In this document: positions 54,380 to 58,821 of the stretch, in pieces
Position numbering within the stretch: the first letter of the stretch is position 1
Layout of the letters: the number at the start of each line of letters is the position of its first letter
IMG/VR virus record: IMGVR_UViG_3300049999_000147
Location: 1 to 58,821 of that record
Reading direction: 5' to 3' (one strand)
DNA from: a virus
Taxonomy: Duplodnaviria > Caudoviricetes
Length of the DNA stretch: 58,821 nt
Notes under the pieces: generated by a model
Told to the model about the DNA's origin: nothing
What the model saw: the letters and a program-made list of their open reading frames with translations, nothing else
Databases searched by the model: none
Made by a program: the position numbers and the translations under genes

Positions 54380-55372
54380 TTAACTTTCCTTGTATGCTGC
54401 GCTCAACCACTTTGAAAATACCTGTGCTTGCTCAGACAGCTTTACGAGTTCATACTTACCACAAAACTTTAAAAACTGCGCGCCAATCATAGGCAAATCT
54501 TTAGCTACAGAATTCTCCATTATAGTAGTATATATCTTAACTTTAATTTCTTCGGGCTGTTCATTTAAGTCAATTAAAATCTTATTACGTTTGTAATCAT
54601 CCAACACGCGATGCTCCTCGCCATTGTGGTCTACCCACTTTTGTAGCATCATGTTATTCCAATTAAATCCTTTTGCATTGCGATCTGCATATGCTTCTAA
54701 TAGTCCGACTTTCTTCTTTGTTCCTTTCTTACGTACTCCCGGAAAGGCACTAAAGATATTATCACTTGTATCTCCACGCATAATTTTTTCAAATAATAGC
54801 CATTGCGGATCTGGAATTATTTTTGCTTCTTTAGTTTTCTTGTCTAGTACGGGCTTGCCACGTCTATCAAATATACCTAAGAGCGTGTGTAGTTCATCGT
54901 TAACACCGTTGTATTGTTGTACATTTTCTGCAAGCAATTGATGGAAGTCGCTGTCTGTAGAAACTATTACATGTCTGTCTAACGGATGTGATTGTATCCA
55001 CCCTGCAATAAGATCATCCGCTTCTAGCTCTTCGTGTTGTAATGTTGTGCAGTTAGTACGCTCAACTAGAAACTTTTGTAATGCTTCGAACCCTTCCCAA
55101 AACAGTTTATCCTCTTCTAGTTCGGCATCTGTTAACGCGGCTTTCTTTGCTGCCCTGTTTTTCTTGTAAGGCGGATAAATGTCCTTGCGCCAGCTACGTC
55201 CTTCAAAACAAATAACAACATGGTCACCGTCATTGTCACGAAAGCATTTGTTAATACTTCCTAATGTTGTATGTACAGCAAAGCCAACCTTTTCCCAAGA
55301 GTCACTATGTCTATGTGCCGCGTGTCGCGCACGAAAGAATGTGTTTGCCGCATCTACTATTAAATAGTTCAT
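54380..55372 (-). CDS. rnh: 5'-3' exonuclease / T4 RNase H-like flap nuclease
   Basis: LIVDAAN, YKKNR, LEADDLIA, VSTDSDFHQL, RGDTSDNI. Confidence 0.85.
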   Translation of the reverse strand: MNYLIVDAANTFFRARHAAHRHSDSWEKVGFAVHTTLGSINKCFRDNDGDHVVICFEGRSWRKDIYPPYKKNRAAKKAALTDAELEEDKLFWEGFEALQKFLVERTNCTTLQHEELEADDLIAGWIQSHPLDRHVIVSTDSDFHQLLAENVQQYNGVNDELHTLLGIFDRRGKPVLDKKTKEAKIIPDPQWLLFEKIMRGDTSDNIFSAFPGVRKKGTKKKVGLLEAYADRNAKGFNWNNMMLQKWVDHNGEEHRVLDDYKRNKILIDLNEQPEEIKVKIYTTIMENSVAKDLPMIGAQFLKFCGKYELVKLSEQAQVFSKWLSAAYKES

Positions 55373-55752
55373 TATCTGTATTCAGATTTCCCATCGCCTA
55401 AGTCGGTTCTATTACCTTTAGCACGTTTCTCTGGATCTGCTTGTGCTTGTTGATATGTTTCGGCCACAACATTTTTACATACATCGTTGAACCAATTGTC
55501 CACGATGTCTTGGTCTGTCTTGCCCTTGTAGCCTGCTTTGAGTAAATGTGCAACAAAGATATCATTCCAATCGATTTCAAACGAACCTTCTGCCATATCG
55601 TCTTCGATAGAAAAGCTTATTACATCAACCCATGCTTCGCCGGCTGCTGTTGCTTTTTCCTTTTCAGACAGTTCTTTTTTCTTTGGCTTTGTCGCTTCTT
55701 TCTTTTTCCCATCATCAAACAACCAACTACGTAACTTTTTAAATTTACCCAT
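55372..55752 (-). CDS. Hypothetical phage protein
   Basis: GSFEIDWNDIFV..L..AGY...IVDNWF. Confidence 0.65.
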   Translation of the reverse strand: MGKFKKLRSWLFDDGKKKEATKPKKKELSEKEKATAAGEAWVDVISFSIEDDMAEGSFEIDWNDIFVAHLLKAGYKGKTDQDIVDNWFNDVCKNVVAETYQQAQADPEKRAKGNRTDLGDGKSEYR

Positions 55753-56238
55753 TTACTCTACCTCTGTCCATACCGCGTTCTTTTCTTTAAGAGATTGTTG
55801 TTCACTTGCTACTAAGTCGTCGCGCATTTGTTGTGCTTCTTCGAACGTTGTAAACCTATCTATAGTGAAACTGCTTACATTTCCCCAAGCAGCAACGGTG
55901 TATCTTGTTTCGCCGTTAATTTCAGCAGTTAATACTTTCCACTTATCGTCAATTGACTGTTCTGTAACCTCTGCTTCGGGCACTGATGGCATATCACCTG
56001 TTTGTTCTGGTAGTGGCGCAGGCTGCGCAGGAGCAGTACCGCCTTGAGTTTTTTCGTCGTTGTTATCACTTCTACCTAAATTCTGCACATATTTAACCGC
56101 ATTACCAATCAATATATCATACATACTATTACCAGCAGCTAATTTTTCGTTATCGTCAATTGACTGTTCTGTAACCTCTGCTCCGTAAACTGCACCTGTT
56201 AATAAAACCGCTAAAATAATACCTGTTAATATTTTCAT
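55753..56238 (-). CDS. Secreted/periplasmic hypothetical protein with an internal repeat
   Basis: Signal-peptide-like MKILTGIILAVLLTGAVYGA; AEVTEQSIDD occurs twice. Confidence 0.6.
   Translation of the reverse strand: MKILTGIILAVLLTGAVYGAEVTEQSIDDNEKLAAGNSMYDILIGNAVKYVQNLGRSDNNDEKTQGGTAPAQPAPLPEQTGDMPSVPEAEVTEQSIDDKWKVLTAEINGETRYTVAAWGNVSSFTIDRFTTFEEAQQMRDDLVASEQQSLKEKNAVWTEVE
55943..56182. repeat. 33-bp perfect direct repeat (55943-55975 and 56150-56182)
   Basis: ttatcgtcaattgactgttctgtaacctctgct occurs twice, 207 bp apart. Confidence 0.9.
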
Positions 56239-56537
56239 TGTGTTACCTCGTTGTATAAAAAAATTTTGTAAAAATGACTACTACTGAGATTAAGTATTCT
56301 CTTATTACATGCATCGCATACTATGCTCTCTCCGATCTGCATCGGCGTATGATCTGTATGATACATTCCTTCGGACATCATTAGAGATCCTTCTTCTGGT
56401 TTGTAGTTAGATATAAACGCTACACCTCCGCATTCGTCGTGTACATATCTGTATTTGATAACGTGGGAATGTTTTAGTATATCCCATGTTAACTGTTGCT
56501 CTTGTGTTAAGTCCCTCAGACTTTTTCCTTTATCCAA
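56235..56537 (-). CDS. Small putative Zn-binding protein
   Basis: HDECG...CDAC. Confidence 0.5.
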   Translation of the reverse strand: MDKGKSLRDLTQEQQLTWDILKHSHVIKYRYVHDECGGVAFISNYKPEEGSLMMSEGMYHTDHTPMQIGESIVCDACNKRILNLSSSHFYKIFLYNEVTQ

Positions 56538-56767
56538 TTTTTACCTTGTTTGTATAATATATCAAATGCGTCTTGATCTGATTTTATCCGTTCTTCAATC
56601 CAATCCTTTTTCATCTTTTCGAGCTCTTTAATCTCTTTTGCAAAGTGTTTCAACATGCTTTCCTCTGCATCATTCCTTACAGAATATAATCTTTTCTCTG
56701 CGTCTTTTACATATTGTGGTGTACAGTTATCGCAGCTACCATAACCACATCCCATACTCTCACACAA
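56516..56767 (-). CDS. Small Cys-rich hypothetical protein
   Basis: CESMGCGYGSCDNC. Confidence 0.5.
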   Translation of the reverse strand: MCESMGCGYGSCDNCTPQYVKDAEKRLYSVRNDAEESMLKHFAKEIKELEKMKKDWIEERIKSDQDAFDILYKQGKNWIKEKV

Positions 56768-56791
56768 TGACTACAATCATAATGTGCCATC

Positions 56792-57637
56792 TTAAGTTCC
56801 CCAAGCGTTTTTAAATAATGGTACTTGTAATCTATCACTATAACGTAAACCGTTGTTCATTGCAAACTCAGCAACGGCTTTGTTATTCATGTTATAAGAT
56901 TCGGTAGTACCGCCCACTGGCATTAAGTAACAATGCCCTGAAAAACCATGTTCCTGATACTTGTTATATGCTTCTAATGCTTCGTGCGCATCGTCTTCTG
57001 TTGCTACAACAAATTTCAAAAACACAATACCAATGTCTTCATACTCAACTACTATCTCGGGCTTAATAGCATCCGCTTCATCTTCACCACTGCAACTTAA
57101 CTTAGCACTGACACTGAATGTTATTTCTCTGCCTGCTGTTGCCCAATCCTTAAGATACTCTTTAAATCCTGGCATTAGTTTTTGTGTACCGTTTGTTTCG
57201 AATGTTATTTCCTTTAACAATTCCATATCTGGTTGATCTAACAATTCAGTAAATGAACGTTGCCATCCCGCTAACAAAGGTTCGCCACCTGTTATAACTA
57301 AGTGTTCGTCATTCCATTCTTTGTGTGGTAATAGGTCTGCTATTGCTATTGCTAATTTATCTGTTTCGTATACATTTGAGAACTGTTTGAACTTTGGATG
57401 CCAGCTTGCATAACTGTCACAACCAAATTTTACAATTGGTAAGTCCTTGTATGTTTCGTATTGTTCGATGTTCTTTGCAATCTCATCAGGTTCGGTTGTG
57501 CGTTCACCTAATGGCAATCCAAAACCACGACAGCTGAAATTACAACCGAATGTACGCAAGAACACAGACGGAACGCCCATGTACCTTCCTTCGCCTTGGA
57601 TTGAATAAAATAACTCTGCTACTTTAATTATCGCCAT
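56792..57637 (-). CDS. queE: 7-carboxy-7-deazaguanine synthase (QueE-like radical SAM)
   Basis: ELFYSIQGEG..GVPSVFLRTFGCN, CDS, VITGGEP, ETNGT, SVSAK, LKFVV, LMP, RYSDRLQ. Confidence 0.8.
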   Translation of the reverse strand: MAIIKVAELFYSIQGEGRYMGVPSVFLRTFGCNFSCRGFGLPLGERTTEPDEIAKNIEQYETYKDLPIVKFGCDSYASWHPKFKQFSNVYETDKLAIAIADLLPHKEWNDEHLVITGGEPLLAGWQRSFTELLDQPDMELLKEITFETNGTQKLMPGFKEYLKDWATAGREITFSVSAKLSCSGEDEADAIKPEIVVEYEDIGIVFLKFVVATEDDAHEALEAYNKYQEHGFSGHCYLMPVGGTTESYNMNNKAVAEFAMNNGLRYSDRLQVPLFKNAWGT

Positions 57638-57770
57638 TTGCTTCCTTCTCTACAGCCTCGCCTAGTATTCTAACGATTAACGCATTTAACGTTATGTCCT
57701 GTTTATGTGCTTCTAACATTAAATTAAATAGATCGCAGTTATCAATATCAATTTCTATTTCTTCAGCCAT
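57624..57770 (-). CDS. 48-aa ribbon-helix-helix-like protein not in the track (MAEEIEIDID..LMLEAHKQDITLNALIVRIL)
   Basis: GAGG SD; A-x-x-x-x-x-(S/T)-L-N pattern of Arc/HicB-like RHH domains. Confidence 0.5.
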   Translation of the reverse strand: MAEEIEIDIDNCDLFNLMLEAHKQDITLNALIVRILGEAVEKEANGDN

Positions 57771-57903
57771 TTGTTAAATACCTCTTTTAAATTTTCATTG
57801 GGTCTATCTAATAACCATTGCTTCGCTTCAAAATATTTTTCTGCTAGTTCGAGTCCGTCTGTAAAACCTTTGTAATAATCATCTATCATTTTAATATTAT
57901 ACA

Positions 57904-58212
57904 CTATAATTCATCATCGAACAAGTTAGACCAGTGTTTTAATTTTTCGGTTTTGGCTTGCTTTGCAGTAATCATTTCTGCTGTATCTAATACACCTCGG
58001 TCCACTAATATGTCTACCATTGCTAGTAAGTCCCCTACTTCTTTGGTAAGTTTTTCGTGATTTGATATTGTTGTTTCAGGGTAATAGCTATCTATACCAA
58101 AACGTTCTATCTTACATATAACTTGTATAACCTCAGCACATTCTTCTTGTAATATTTCTAATGCTTCATCTACGTCTGCAGTTACGAATCCTTCTTTTTC
58201 TATTGTTGGCAT
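57904..58212 (-). CDS. MazG-like NTP pyrophosphohydrolase
   Basis: QEECAEVIQ...KEVGDLL. Confidence 0.65.
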   Translation of the reverse strand: MPTIEKEGFVTADVDEALEILQEECAEVIQVICKIERFGIDSYYPETTISNHEKLTKEVGDLLAMVDILVDRGVLDTAEMITAKQAKTEKLKHWSNLFDDEL

Positions 58213-58472
58213 TCTAAGTCCTCTAATTGTTTACCTATCCAAATATATGTTGCTCTACCGTCGGCGCTACAATAATCAGATGCTAACGTTCTTATTGTTT
58301 TAATTGCTTCTATAGCATGTTTCCTAGCTTCGTCTTGCTTTAAACTATTACCGCCTTCTTCCCAGGCTGGCTTCTCACCAACAGCATCTTTGCCATTTAA
58401 TTCAACGTATGGCATAACATCATAAAATGTTTTAGCTACTTCGTCTACAAATTTATTTGTTTTCATTATCAT
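58200..58472 (-). CDS. Hypothetical protein
   Basis: 90-aa ORF containing WEEGGNSLKQDEAR. Confidence 0.55.
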   Translation of the reverse strand: MIMKTNKFVDEVAKTFYDVMPYVELNGKDAVGEKPAWEEGGNSLKQDEARKHAIEAIKTIRTLASDYCSADGRATYIWIGKQLEDLECQQ

Positions 58473-58529
58473 ACCCCATATTTAAATCTTGTGCTTGCGC
58501 AGTTAACTCGTTTAATATTTCTACCAACA

Positions 58530-58751
58530 TTATTCATCTACCTCCATAAAGTGAGAATCTAATTGACGATCGATCACTTCTTTTACTGCTTCTTTTGCAG
58601 CGGCTTCTGAATCATACAAATGCGTTGTTTTGAATTTACCTGGCTTCCCGCTGTCATACCAGAAGAACCAACCTATGTTGTATGCGTATGAATATTTTTT
58701 AGTATGTTTATTGAAAAGTATTTTATATTGTTTGTTTCTATATAGTTTCAT
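58530..58751 (-). CDS. Hypothetical protein
   Basis: 73-aa ORF with AAGGA SD. Confidence 0.55.
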   Translation of the reverse strand: MKLYRNKQYKILFNKHTKKYSYAYNIGWFFWYDSGKPGKFKTTHLYDSEAAAKEAVKEVIDRQLDSHFMEVDE

Positions 58752-58821
58752 ATTATTTCCTTTTGGTGTATCTGCGGGTCAAACAGGTACGATATATCAG
58801 AAAAATTAAAATCCAATTTGT

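Noticed and set aside
41662-56047. Plus-strand ORFs opposite the minus-strand genes (e.g. 55538-56047, 43132-43506)
   Set aside because: They largely or wholly overlap well-supported genes on the other strand and have shadow-like composition.

Overview
This AT-rich window looks like part of a large (jumbo-type) tailed phage genome. I found no rRNA, tRNA, CRISPR array or integrase. It has three parts. (1) 1-20301 (+) is a virion structural module: a giant 5'-truncated baseplate/tail protein (>4300 aa), fibre proteins and a small 2OG-Fe(II) oxygenase cassette. (2) 20384-42145 is a ~22 kb chemical-modification cluster: several glycosyltransferase-like genes, a sugar aminotransferase, an acetyltransferase, an epimerase, oxygenases, five radical SAM genes (six rSAM domains, each with an N-terminal twitch/SPASM-like Cys cluster), a NodU/CmcH carbamoyltransferase and three SGNH hydrolases. 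(3) 42216-58821 (-) holds early/middle genes: MoxR ATPase plus vWA-peptidase partner, a 5'-3' exonuclease, QueE, a MazG-like protein and many small hypotheticals, driven by near-consensus sigma70 promoters with IHF-like sites. The most striking sequence-level observation is a nested 'Russian-doll' A(n)B(n) repeat architecture in the giant protein (8+8, 1+1, 1+1 and 5+5 half-domains). The most striking system-level observation is the rSAM/glycosyl/carbamoyl cluster next to the tail genes. All function calls come from motifs recognised by eye; no database searches were run.
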